From positions 186,001 through 250,000 of the forward strand of contig OZ237766.1 in the NCBI GenBank assembly GCA_965178125.1: DNA of 64,000 bases, in the 5' to 3' direction. Shown piece after piece: positions 24,167-37,996 of this stretch. The position numbers were made by a program, and so were the translations under genes. The notes under the pieces are model-generated. The model searched no databases and was not told where the DNA came from. It saw only the letters and a list, made by a program, of their open reading frames with translations. Position 1 is the stretch's first letter, and each line of letters opens with the position of its first letter. The DNA is from Bilabrum cf. latius. Its lineage: Eukaryota.

Positions 24167-27100
24167 ATGTCCGGTGCAGTAGACACTCAGCCCGATGAAT
24201 CGTCTGAAATATTGAATATATCTGGAAATGGAGCCGCTGCAGGCTCAGAGACGGGTGACACCGGCGGCGCAGTCTCCAACTCGCCTCGAAACCCAACGGT
24301 AGAGACAGATGCGCCGAGCCGCCCTTCAGACGACAAGAAGCAAGCACCATCCCCGGCTGCACTAGCTAGACAGAAGGCTGCTGCCGAAGCATTGGAAATG
24401 AGGCAGAGGATGCAGTAGGCGCAAGCAGCGCTGGTGCTTCCACTCGCAACTATCCACCGACAGTTGTGCGTCCTTGCGGTAAAGTCCCATGGTACCAAGC
24501 CCCGTGCAGATGCAACCGTGTACGCAACTGCTGTCGTCGAATCTCTCCTTCACATGCTTCTGACACACGCCGTTCGCCTGGCGATGGATGCCGCCAACAG
24601 CCGGTACCGCCGGCCGAATCGCCCCGAAGACCGCATGGGGGGCGGGTACGTGCAGCTGGCACTGCGCCGAGCTCCCGTGGTCTCGGAATTGTTTTCGAAT
24701 TGGAAGCCATTGCGAGAATTGAGCGAGCATTTCCTGGATCAGCACACGAGGAGCGCGCTGGAGGCAGACGGCGAAACCGCGGGAACCTCCAGCGGGATGA
24801 TCCGGGGAACTGCGGGGGGGCCGGGCAGCCCCGCTGCTACCGGTGGTCCTGGGTCCGGTCTGGATGGTGTGACGAGTGCGGTTGCGGGCACGGCAGAGCG
24901 TCTCGCGAGTGCAGGGTCATCTGCCCGTCGCGTGGATTCGGCTGGCCTGCCCTCTGTGGTGGAGGGGGAGGATGACGAGGACGAAGAAGAGGATGAAGAT
25001 GAGGAGGAGGAGGGGGAGGGAGGCGATGAGGGGCGCGCGAGCGGAGCAGCATCGGCTGGTACTGGCGCCTCTCCAAAGAGTCCAGCAGCTTCTGCAGCAA
25101 CGACAGCAGCAACATCGGCCGCTGGTCCGGAATCGAGCGGCGGTCCGTCTAGCGGAACCGGCGCCGGGCAATCCGATATCATGACCCCCTCGGGGGTCCC
25201 CCTGCCCCCCACTGATGAAGAGGTGGCCAGGGCACAAGAAGCCAGCGCGGCGCGATGGTCCCGCAAGCCGGGCGATTCCATCGCTGAGGTGGAGGCTGCC
25301 TCCCTGCTGCAGTCCGCGCACCCGTGCCTCATGCCGGACCACGACTGTTCCCTGCTCGTGGCGGCCATCGGCAGGCAGCTGCTGCAGGAGGTCGCGAGGA
25401 GGGCGGGTATCATCGGTTCCGCAGGCGCCGCGCCTTCGACGGTTCCGCAGACGGGCGCCGCGCTGGACGCGCACAGGATTGCTGCCGCCATCCGCGGCTG
25501 GCTGCCGTCCCCTGCCCTCAAGAAAGCCGTGGCTCTTGGGTCCTTTGCCATGCAGGTGTTCGCATACGTGTGGAAGCCTCCGCCTGCTGTGGCGGTGCGG
25601 CTCTGCATGGTGAAGGGGCACGGGGTGCAGGGCACTGCAGCGGTCGAGGTGCCCGCTGACGTCCCGCTAGCACCGGCCCTTGCCGAGCAGCTCTCGTACC
25701 GATTCCGGATCCAGCCCAAGGAGGCAGTTCTGGTGTGGAGGGGCTAGCCGCTGCCCACCCGAGGCGGTGGAGGTGCAGGTGCAGGTGCCGGTCTGGGCTC
25801 CCCTGGGGGGTCGTCGACTGCATCGCATGGTGGTGCGCCCTCCGCCCAGGACCTGGTCATGCCGCCCGCCTGCGACGTATTCGTCGTCAGGAAGGCGCAA
25901 TGGGCGAACGTTCGCCGAGAGTTCGCTCGACTGGGCCTCGCAACGAGTACCCGGTCCAACACGGGCACTGTGCGCGGCATCCGGAGAGGGGCCCAGTCCA
26001 AGGTCAGGGGCATGCGGACGGACCCATACAGCTACCTGTCTCCGCCTCGTCAGGCGAGGGGCACGTCCGACGGCATGGGTCCGGGGAGTGGTGGTCCCTC
26101 GGGGAGTGGTGGTCGAAGAAACGGCCGAAAGCGACGCAGGGAGAACACCGAGGGTGGCCAATCCGGCGGTAGGGCGGGCGAGGGAGCGGAAGGAGGCCCC
26201 GACTTGCAGGCATCCACTGGTGGATTCAGGCCCGGTCCCAGGGCCCTCCGTGCCGGCGACCCGGAATCGAAATCGAAGCACGGGTCACCCGCAGGTAGGG
26301 GAAGGGGAAGGGGCCGAGGCGGGGGCGGGGGCAACCTGCCTCGGCTCAGGGGCTCGAAACGCGCCGTACCCTCCGGCAGCAAAGCCGGCTCTGGGCCCAG
26401 GCTCATTGCCAGCCCAGAGGCGGGGCACGTGGATGCTTCAGCCGTGGATGGCCTGCCCAGCGCGCGTGGGGCGGAGGACTACGGTAAGAGGTTTCAGGGG
26501 CGCGCGGGGGACGCGAGCCTGTAGGGTGCATCGCATGGTGGTAGCCAAGGCCGGGGGCACCGCCGGCGCAGGGGCCCGGGGTCCGGCGTGTCTTCCTCTG
26601 GGTACGGCCAGCAGTCTCCTTCGGCTCCGAATCGCTGGAAGAGGATGAGGAAGAAAGATCAAACGGTAGCGGAGAGGAAAGAGAGGGAGAAGCAGCAGGG
26701 GGAACCGTCGGGTGCATCGCATGGGGGTGGAAGGGGTAGGCGCGGGCGGGGCCGTGGTCGCAGCCGGCTGGCAGGGGCGGGTGCTTCCGTCGTCGGCGGC
26801 AGCCCCACTCGTCACACCGACCACCCTTACGGCCGGGGCATCCGTGCGGGTGCATCGCACGGTGGTGCAGGCCGACCGGCCAGGGACTGGCGCGCGCGTC
26901 CCCGCGTCGCTTAGAAAGCGACTGCCGCCCTGCTGCAGTCCGTAGAGGGCGCTGTGCCTCGGTTCGAACAGGCGCTTGAGGCGCTGAAGAGAGCTAAAGA
27001 GGCGGCTGGGGGAGTAACAAATACCGGTTATGGCGGTGGCGATGGTGCCGATTCAACTAGCGCGCAGGATGCCCGGCCCTCGACTGCAGCCATGAGCGGC

Positions 27101-27916
27101 CTCTCCCAGGAGGTACTGGCGGTCAGGGATGCACTTGGGCCTCTGCAGGAAGCGGCGGAGGGTGCCATGGCGCTGATCCGGAAGATGGAGAGAGCGGGGC
27201 TTGTTGGGGAACAGGCTGTGCTAGGTGGCAGGGGCAAGGATAGAGGATCGGGCAAAGTTGACGGGACCGACCGGGAACCCAAGGAGCTTGCCAGCGGTGA
27301 GGATCCGTCCTAGGCTGCACTGCAGGGCAGTGCACCCAAGGAGGATCCGTCCCCCGCCATCACCCCGGTGTACCAGGCAACGCGTTCCCCAAGTCCGGGC
27401 GAGCATTCCGACTCCGAGTCGCGGAGACCCAGCAAGCCCGGTGGTGGGGGCAATGGGTCTGCTGCAGCGAGTGGGCTCGTGGTTGCAACCGGCACTGGAG
27501 GAGGGAGTGCTGCGCCAAAACAGCCGAATGAACCTCTTGACTCCGGTATTACCCAATCTGATTCCGAGTCGGTTGCAAGCGGGTCACCTCTCGGTGCATC
27601 TAATGGAGCCTCCAGCGAGCCCGATGGGGGTAGCAGCGAGGGGCAGGAAGCTGCCGGGGTGACCAGCGGCGAGGATACAGCGCAAGGGCCCGGAGGTGAT
27701 GATCCAGGGAGATAGGACGCATCGAGCCCCGCCCCACAGGCGGCCGATGTTTAGATGGATGCGCTTGAAGCGGCTGGTGCAGGCCTGGGGGAGGCCAGCG
27801 CAGACAGCAGCGATGTTGGAGGAGGCATCGAGGAAGGCAACCGGGCCGCGGAGGACGGCGGCCTGGGGGCTGCAGCGGCTGCTGTCAGCCTGAGTGCGGA
27901 TAGTTTGGACGGATGA
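24167..27916 (+). CDS. Histone-fold doublet (H2A-like then H2B-like) fused to a ubiquitin-like domain, with a long disordered tail; about 1,249 aa, 7 in-frame TAG
   Basis: Single frame from caccATG 24167 to TGA 27914-27916, interrupted only by TAG (24416, 25745, 26522, 26912, 27311, 27713, 27752). H2A-like about 24419-24703; acidic tract about 24960-25030; H2B-like about 25277-25573; Ubl-like about 25586-25900. Confidence 0.75.
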
Positions 27917-27983
27917 TCTGTGATTCTGGCGCGGTGTTTTCCATGCGAGCATCATCTCTGTTGCAAAACTGCGAGAGATTTCG

Positions 27984-30508
27984 GGGGGGATCTGATATTT
28001 TGTGGACTCAACTCAAAAGCGCACGCTATCACGAAGAAACATCTGGAACGAGGGCCCGGGACCTACCAGACTTCACGCTTCAGCTGCAATGGCCTAAACC
28101 ACCTAAGCTCCACCCTGGGGACCCATTTCCCCATGGAGAGCGTCAGCATTCACGTTCCCTCCGGCGCCCGCTGCCGGCACCCCGTCCTGCTGCCCGTTCT
28201 GAGCCAACCCTGCCTTGACGTTGGCGATCGCCACGGCGAGGTTGTTGTTTTCGGCTGCCCCTACAGCCAGGCTGGCAAAGTCCTCTCGGATCGCCCTTGC
28301 GAGCGCCCGTTTGGCCTTCGCTGCAGCCCTCCTCGATCCCTTCGAGACAAAATCGAGGATCCTTGAGTGGTCCTGCATGACCCGTGAGTACATAGTGTGG
28401 TACACACGCTGTTCCCCGCGCACGTGCTGGTGCTAGGCGGCAACAGAGAGGCGAGCCTTTGCCACGGAAGACCACGAGAGGCGCGCGTTGGCCGGACGAG
28501 TCGGAACCCGCCGCCCTTTGTCCTCCTGCCTCTTCTTCCGCAGCTTATCGAGCACCTACAGGAACTCGACCGACTTCTCCCCGATCCCCCCCAACACGTC
28601 CACCACAAAGGGTACGACCCGCACGCCACTGCGTACCGCCCCTTTCTGCGTCCTCACGGTCCCAGGACACCACTTGTCTTCTCCTCCGATCCGGACGCCG
28701 AGCGCTCCGAGGTCGACGGGCCTGCCGTAGCTGGCCAGCTTCGTGGCATGCGCGGCCCGCAGAGCAGACCCCTCTTGCCAGTCGCTGCCAATCCTCCACG
28801 ACGAGCGGTCCCACCGGTAAGTTGCCGCAGTGGAATCAACCACCGTGACATCGATGAGATAAGCCGTCCCCTCGTGCTCAAAGAATAGGTCGCCTCGTGG
28901 CACGAGCGGACCGCGCCGACCCGGCAGCCGGGCCACTTGGCCCTCTGGCTCCCGGATAGGGCGTCTGCCCGTGGCCTCGCGGACCACCTGCTCGAGCACG
29001 TTGAGCACCCGGAAGTGCCTGCGGCCTGGAAGGCCTCCGCAGACACGCTTGTCCTTGCACGTGGCACCGTGGCGAACTGACTAGATCAGTTCGACTACCT
29101 TGCCCTGCTTCCGGCACCCCGGGCAGATCTGCGTGACGCGCCACGCCTCCCCACATGCACCGTGCGTTGCCCCAAGAGGTTGTGGGGGACAGCTGCACGG
29201 CTGTGGGATGGCGAGGCGCTGGCAGAACATGCCCCGGGCATCTTCAGGCTGGACTCGGCTCAGGACAGAGAGCGGCGCATGCAGCCAAGACCCGGCTCCT
29301 TGGGACCTGGCGGCGCGGATTGTGGCTCGCGCCACTCCTGCGTACTCTCTGGTGACTGCATCGACTGGAGCGAGTCTGTCGTGCGCAAGCGGAGATGAGG
29401 CATCCCAGAGGAGCCTCTCCACCTGCACTCGCTCAGCCAGTGCCGTCACATGGCTCTGGTTGTGCCCTCCTGCGGCACCTTCGAGAAAACGAATAACCGC
29501 CTGCGATGCGGTGGGTGCCGGCTGCTCCCCAGCCAGCTGCCTCGTCACCCATGCCCGAAGGTCCTTCACCTCCAGGCGCCAGGGTTCAGTGGCCCCACCG
29601 CACAGCTCCATACGGGCTGCCTTCTCGGCTGGGCTGCCCAGGAGTTCCGAAGTGCGGGCTGTGTCCCACACCATACCATAGCGTGGGGGGACGTCAGCCT
29701 CCGGAACAAGTGGAAGCAACGGACTCGGGAAACCAGCCATCCCGAAATTGTCTTGCTTCCCCTCTTGTACGAGTCTCCCGTACTTCGAGATTGCGGTCAT
29801 CACAGTGTCCACAAGGGAGTTCAGGCGCGCGGTGCGCCCTCGCAGTGGGTTCAGCAGAGGGGGTGCCTCCCCGGCACCTGCCGCCGCACCTTCCCCGACC
29901 TCCTCCGCCGGGTCCCACTGGTTGAGCGCCACCTGCAGGTGTGGCAGGTTGAAGTCGCGTGCTACCCTCGCCAACCAGGGCCACACATCCAACAACCCCC
30001 CGACGCACATTGCCTCCCGGGTTAAATCGGCAGGCACGAGCCCCACTCCGAGGCCCCCACGGGCAACGGATAGCGGACCCAGCACGTCCAACACCTGTCT
30101 CTGGGCCTGCGAGAGAGCGCTTACACGCATCCCTGTCAGGAACTCCAGAAACGCTCCCTACACCTCCTTCAAATGGGGTGTCACCCCGTCCTTGAGCTCG
30201 GGCAAGAGGCACCCGCTCCTGTGCACGTGCGTCCACGCCGGCACAACGCACCGGGCAAACAGTGCGCGCGCACTGATTGGGTCCAGGTAGGCCAGGCGAA
30301 AAGCCTGAACCACCGTCTCTTCCAAGCGTCCCTTCAAGACTTGTTCGGCCACTCCGACGTCGGTCCCTACCGGGACGCCCAGGATCCTCAGCCCATGCTC
30401 GTGGACCACTCCTTCGAGCCTATCCTCCTGGTCTGGCGCCAATAGGTGGACCAGGCGCTAATAGGTGGCTCGGGAGGGGGAGAAGAACGACGTTTTCTTC
30501 TAGTTGAT
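27984..30508 (-). mobile_element. 5'-truncated non-LTR retrotransposon, CRE-like, with restriction-like endonuclease; 10-bp TSD
   Basis: Direct repeat AGAGATTTCG at 27974-27983 and 30509-30518 flanks the element. ORF homology starts exactly at the 5' boundary. Confidence 0.85.
28073..30508 (-). pseudogene. Retrotransposon ORF remnant: end of RT, thumb, Cys/His knuckle and REL endonuclease; RT catalytic core missing; 8 in-frame TAG
   Basis: IN*KKT (RT motif 6), GLRILGVPVG (motif 7), LSVARGGLG, GSWLHAP, Cys/His cluster...RRH, RGDL...IDVTV...KLASY, PFVVDVLGGIG, RLSVAA*; ends TGA at 28073. Confidence 0.8.
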
Positions 30509-30592
30509 AGAGATTTCGTTGAAATGTTTGTGGCGTGAAGTTTTATGTAATTCAGATTGGGGCAGCGCCAATAACTTCATGTTCACATCAAC

Positions 30593-32762
<2,170 letters not shown>

Positions 32763-33183
32763 TTGCGATCACCGTCGATGCTATAGTCTCGTGTGCTTGG
32801 TCTCGTGTGCTCGGTGCGTGATTTCGCCACAGACCACATGCTTTTGGGGGGCCTTCGATTTCGATTGGATGACCCGAGATACCTTTCTGATCGCCAAAAC
32901 TGCTTCATGTTATCCCTCTGCCCTCCTTCAAATGTGGACCCGGGCACCACGGAACCACCGTGACGTCTGCGCGGCGCCGACCCCCCCAAGGCAACACTTG
33001 TTTCATAGGCAGCACACCAAAGGGATCACACATTTGGTACTATTGTTTTGAAGTACCGTTACACTATTGTAGTGGGAACAACTGCTGAAGCCCTTCGAAG
33101 GCGTCACTTAAACCATCGCGCTTGCAAATAAGCTCACAACCAGAACTGCAGCCTTGCCAAAGTCTGCTAGCACGACACCGTGC

Positions 33184-36100
33184 ATGGATCCGAAGCAAAA
33201 CAAAAGCGAGATAGAGATGGACAAGCGCTAGACTGGTGCAGCTGGACTGGTGCAGCTCGCTACCCCGGGTCCACCAAGATCAGACATTGAGATCTTGGAC
33301 GACCACTTTAAGGACATTAAGGCAGAGCTTCAGGACCTTGGTATCCTATCTGGCTCTGAAAACAATTCGAAAGTAGTATCTTTGATTGCTGCAGTGATTC
33401 TTGGCTCGAGGTCTTGGCCGGAGCAGCCTTCCGAGAAGCAGCCCAAGCCCGATTATCTCGGGATACAAAGACCATCCACGGCAATGATCAAAGCAGCCAA
33501 GAAGCTGAGGATGGTATTGGACCCAAGTACGTCGCAATCTAGCAGCGCTGGTTCAAGAACATCGGATCAGCGAGCTGCCCGACCCGACAGAGGCGAAAAC
33601 CCCAGGCGCACCACGAAGCACGATCATCGCAATGGACCCTAGGATAACCAGCCGGCCCAGTCTCCAGACCTGGATCGTGGCCGGTCAAGTGGCAACCGCT
33701 CCGATCCGCGATCCGACTCGATCGAGACGGTCAACGCCGGTCCCACGGGCGAGCAGCAGGTGCACCTCGGAACCAGGGAGTGGTTCATGCGGGTCACAGA
33801 GGCAGCGTCATGCGCCTGCATGTGCGAGCCGGGCAAGGTAAGAAGCAAGGTGTGCTGCGGCTACTGCCGCAGACGACTAGCGCCTTGCTGCGACTGCGTG
33901 CGCACGTGTTGCTGCAACTTCGGGCCAAGATACGCGCTAGGCCACTCCACGGCCATGTACAGCAAGCAGGAGGGGCTGGTTGTGTCCACCAACATGCACT
34001 CGGAGCAGACCAAGATGGTTCTGGGCATCACGTTTGTGCTGTTCGGTCTGATGTGGTTGGTCGTGCTGGTAGTGTCTCTCGTGCTGAGGCTGAGCATACC
34101 GGAGTACAGAGACGCGTAGGGAGAGAACCTGGCTCTGGAACAGAATGTCGTGTACATTTTCGTCCTGTTCTTGACTGATGTCTTCCCGGGCTCTTTTCGG
34201 TACGACACAACAGTCGCGATGGTTGTGTCCATCCTGGTCGTTGTCGCGCAATGCGTGCGGTACGTGCTTCGGAGGTCACCCGACCAGCTGCAGCCCAATA
34301 CCGTATCTGTGTCAGACCGTCTGCTGAGCATCGCGCCCGTAAGTGCCCATCGTTTTTTCGTTTCTTACAAGTGGGAACACCCAAAGGGGTCGCTTGTCGA
34401 GATTCAGGGTGTCAACACAGAATCCCACAATGCAGACGACAGGACCAAGCTGCCAACTGAGATGCTTGGATCACGTGGGCCTGATCCAACGCCAGGACTA
34501 AAGCAGTACCTCAGTTCAACAGCGGGTGCCGAGGGCCTCGCTCGCAGCCTTGCACGTGCCCTCCCCAACGCGTGGGTGGACGTCATGAAGCTGCCCAACG
34601 CCGCATCGCTTCATGCTTCCATCTACACGGACCTGAAAGGGGCCATGTCCACCATCGTGCTGATGACACCTGGATATTTGGGGAGCGTGAACTGCAATTT
34701 CGAGCTGCTGTGTCTCCTGAGGATGCACGCCGATGCTATCAGCAGGGGGGAGCGGTCTCGCCTGACCCAGGCGTCCAGGGTGGTGGTGTACCTCCCTGTG
34801 GATGGGGACATGCCTGGACTTAAGTGGCCAGAGTGGACTGATACGGCTGATATCTGGAAAAAGTACAACCGCGAAAGGATCAAGTCATGCTTGCTAGCGA
34901 TGGGTGTGTCAGTGGTAGAGACTGGCTACGATTTGTTGCGGCACATCCACGACCGCATGTTCATGGGGATACGAGGGGACTTGGTGCAGGCACCAAAGCA
35001 CAGCGCAGATGAATAGGACTCAGACTCAGTGGCGAGCTTGCACGCCTGGTGGAGCACAGCCGGCAGGGTTAGGGCTTCGGCCAAATCGGCCGTGGCTGGG
35101 ACAATCGTGCCTGTTGAAATGCCCGGTGGATATGAAGCTCAATGCTGTGCCCTGTGCCCGGCTACGTTTTCCTGCTCCGGGCGCGCGTGCCCTCCCCCGA
35201 AGGCAACGTATGCTGGCAATTTATGGATCGCCCCTGATGGATCCAGCCGGGGCCGCATGCACCGGGTGGCGCCCGGGCTGTGGTTCATAGTGTCGATCAC
35301 TGCGACGCTCTTGTACGGGGTAGTTCACATTGTTTGGGAGGACAGGAAGCTGAATGTCGGGTGGTTGAATGGGATTGACCCGCCGCTGCTTGGCACGGCG
35401 TTAGTGCTGTTGATCATGTCGTGGCTCCTTGCTGACGGAGCTGCTGACCTCAATTGGAGGTACCAGCACAGCCCGTGCATGAACAAGATCTTGCTGGCAG
35501 GGCAGCTGCAGCACGGTTCCAAGAAAGGCTCCTCTAGCTCTAAAGTCTCAGGAGTTGAGAGCTGGGGCGAGAGCAAATCGACAAGGCAAATTACTGGTAG
35601 TGAGGGGACTATTGCTCGGATCCAGGCCTCGCACGAGTATGTGGGTCACCACGTTCGCTACAAACTCAGGTTTGCCTTCATGATGGGTGGTGCAGATGAG
35701 GCAAGCATCCTAGTGGAGAAGGATACGAGAGAGAAGGAGATGAATGCAAAGCAGACATCTGGCAAGGCCGGCGGCAAGTCAGCCTCCGTCCCTTCCAGAC
35801 AGCAGTCTACAGAGCTTCCTATGACGACGGAGCAGGCCATGTCCATTGTGCGGCCTGCTGCAGCTGTAAATACCTGCATGATGCTGCGCGAGCTCGACTT
35901 CTAGGCGATGGAGTACACGTTCCACCCTGGGTCCCGCAATTGGATTCGAAACAGAACGTCTGCCGGGAGCGATACGGATGATATTGATGACGAGCAAGGT
36001 GGTGCAGGCCAGGCATCGCTCGCTCGCTCATCTGTAAGGCGTAGTGGTGACCTAGACCATTCCACCCAGTCTCCACTGGCCCTTCTGAGCCGCGACAACG

Positions 36101-36840
36101 AAGCGACCGGCGGCTCACACAACGGTGGTGCGGCAAGTGCTGCACTTGCCTCCATCAACCATGCCGCCAGCAGCGGCTCGGTTCAAGACGGTGCCCCGGG
36201 AGAGTCACCGGCCGCCCAGTCACCCCGCGCCGTGTTTGCCCACCAATCCGGAGGCGGAGGCGGGATCGGGCAGATCCGTCGCCTCGACACTTCAGCAGCG
36301 TTTGTGGATGCCGTACGTGACGAGGCGGATATTAAGCCTGGTGTGATATACTGCTTCGTGATCTCCACAGTGGCTCAGGCGGAGGCATATCTTGACTTCA
36401 TCTACGGCAGGGATAAAGCGCAGATCGTGCTGATGGTGCACAGCTCGGTGCCGCGCGAAGTTAACAGGATATACGATGCACTCTACGTGGGATACGATAC
36501 CGACAAACGGAGCGACCAGGAAAAACTGCCGCAGGACAGCGTTAAGTCTTGCATTTCGTACATGTGCTGGAGGTTCGGTCCATCTGTATGCTATAGCCAG
36601 TGCCCCTCCTGCTGCCCGTCTTGCTTCTGCGGGTGCTGCTGCTGGCTGGGCATGTGCTGTGGCTTCTGCGGCTACTCGCGGGACAGCGAGTTCAAATCGG
36701 AGGATAGGTGCTGCAATGGCAGGTGGCGTTGCTGCGGAGGGCTGCCTAGTTCGCGTGTTCCCCCCCAAAATCAGGATTTGGCGCAGAATCTGCTCGAGGC
36801 TCTATCGTCCAAGGTGGCGAGTGCCCTGCATCCGGGCTGA
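33184..36840 (+). CDS. Multi-pass membrane protein with TIR domain and Cys-rich segments, copy 1 (about 1,218 aa, 5 in-frame TAG)
   Basis: One frame with TAG at 33229, 33640, 34117, 35014 and 35902; ends TGA. About 3 hydrophobic helices precede FFVSYKW...LARSLARAL...WVDV...IVLMTPGYLGSVNCNFEL (TIR_2-like); two more helices follow. Confidence 0.8.
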
Positions 36841-37674
36841 AGCAATGTCGGGACTTGATCAAAGCAAATGTCGTCCAAGGTGGCGAGTGCGGATGGCGCC
36901 AATAGAAGCAATGTGGATCCATGCCATCTAGCCCGACTGGTCAGCAAGCAAGCGATCCAAGGATTGCACAGGCTCTGTTTACCCAAATATAAAATATGTA
37001 ACACTTCGCGTGATCGCATGGATGCATGTAACATTCATACATGAGAAATCAGTCCTGCGCACAGTTTGCAGCAACCAGGCGGAGCGGTGTTTCTCAATCA
37101 TTACCAAGCATTTGTTGGTGGAGCCAGCAAGGCCTCTATATTGAGGTAGTGAAGTGGGCTCAGGTCCCGCTCTAGGTGCAGGCACTGCAGGCTCAGATGC
37201 AACGTAGCGAAGCGGAGGAGAACGAGAGTGCGTTAAATGAGGCTACGTTAGTGATGAAGCGCAGGGGCGGCGGCTAGGGAGGGCCATGGCGCGGGATGAG
37301 GGCAGAGTAGAGCAGGTGAGAGCATTGAGGAAGCGAAGAGGATTGGTGGGGTCATCGGGTTGATACGGCGGATTGGAAGTGGGAGGCATAGGCCGGGCAG
37401 GTAGGGGTACCCGGTACGGGCATGTGTGTGACGAGTGGCTCGGATTAGGGGATCAGATCACATGCGGATGAGGAAGTTGAGAGGTCACAATTAGACTCGA
37501 GCGGCAATCAAGCTGCGTGCTATTCGGGCACTGAGGGGCAGCGTTCGCCAGTTTTCTTTCTTGGTAACTTTGAGGATGGGCTCTCGGAGGAAACCAACTG
37601 CAACCATGTGTGACTGTCTGCGAGATTAGGGTGCTGTGTACAACGTGTGATCTCACGACATAAATCGAGATAGA

Positions 37675-37722
37675 TCGCAACTATTAATTGCTCGCAACTA
37701 TTAATTGCTCGCAACTATTAAT
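37675..37722. repeat. Short tandem repeat, about 2.8 copies of 17-bp TCGCAACTATTAATTGC
   Basis: Directly visible in the spacer between the two TIR genes. Confidence 0.85.
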
Positions 37723-37996
37723 GTATTTCTCCATCACCGGACCGGTGACAACGGCAAATCCACTCACTTCACAGATAACCTGGGTTGCGCATTGATCACA
37801 GCCTATTCGAAACATTGTGTAGTTTTTGCTACTATCTGGATCAAAGTACTCGAGAGTCACTGCCGTGGTTGCCCCGGGGCCTCACTGCAAAATCGGTATT
37901 TACGAAGCCGGCGTAACAAGCGAGCTTCTACCATTGCAGTGTAGATTATTTTACGATTCTATGCTTGAAATCGATTTAGACTAAGGAAAGAACAGT

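Noticed and set aside
36805-36915. 20-bp duplication TCGTCCAAGGTGGCGAGTGC around the stop of TIR copy 1
   Set aside because: Small local tandem duplication with no evident function.
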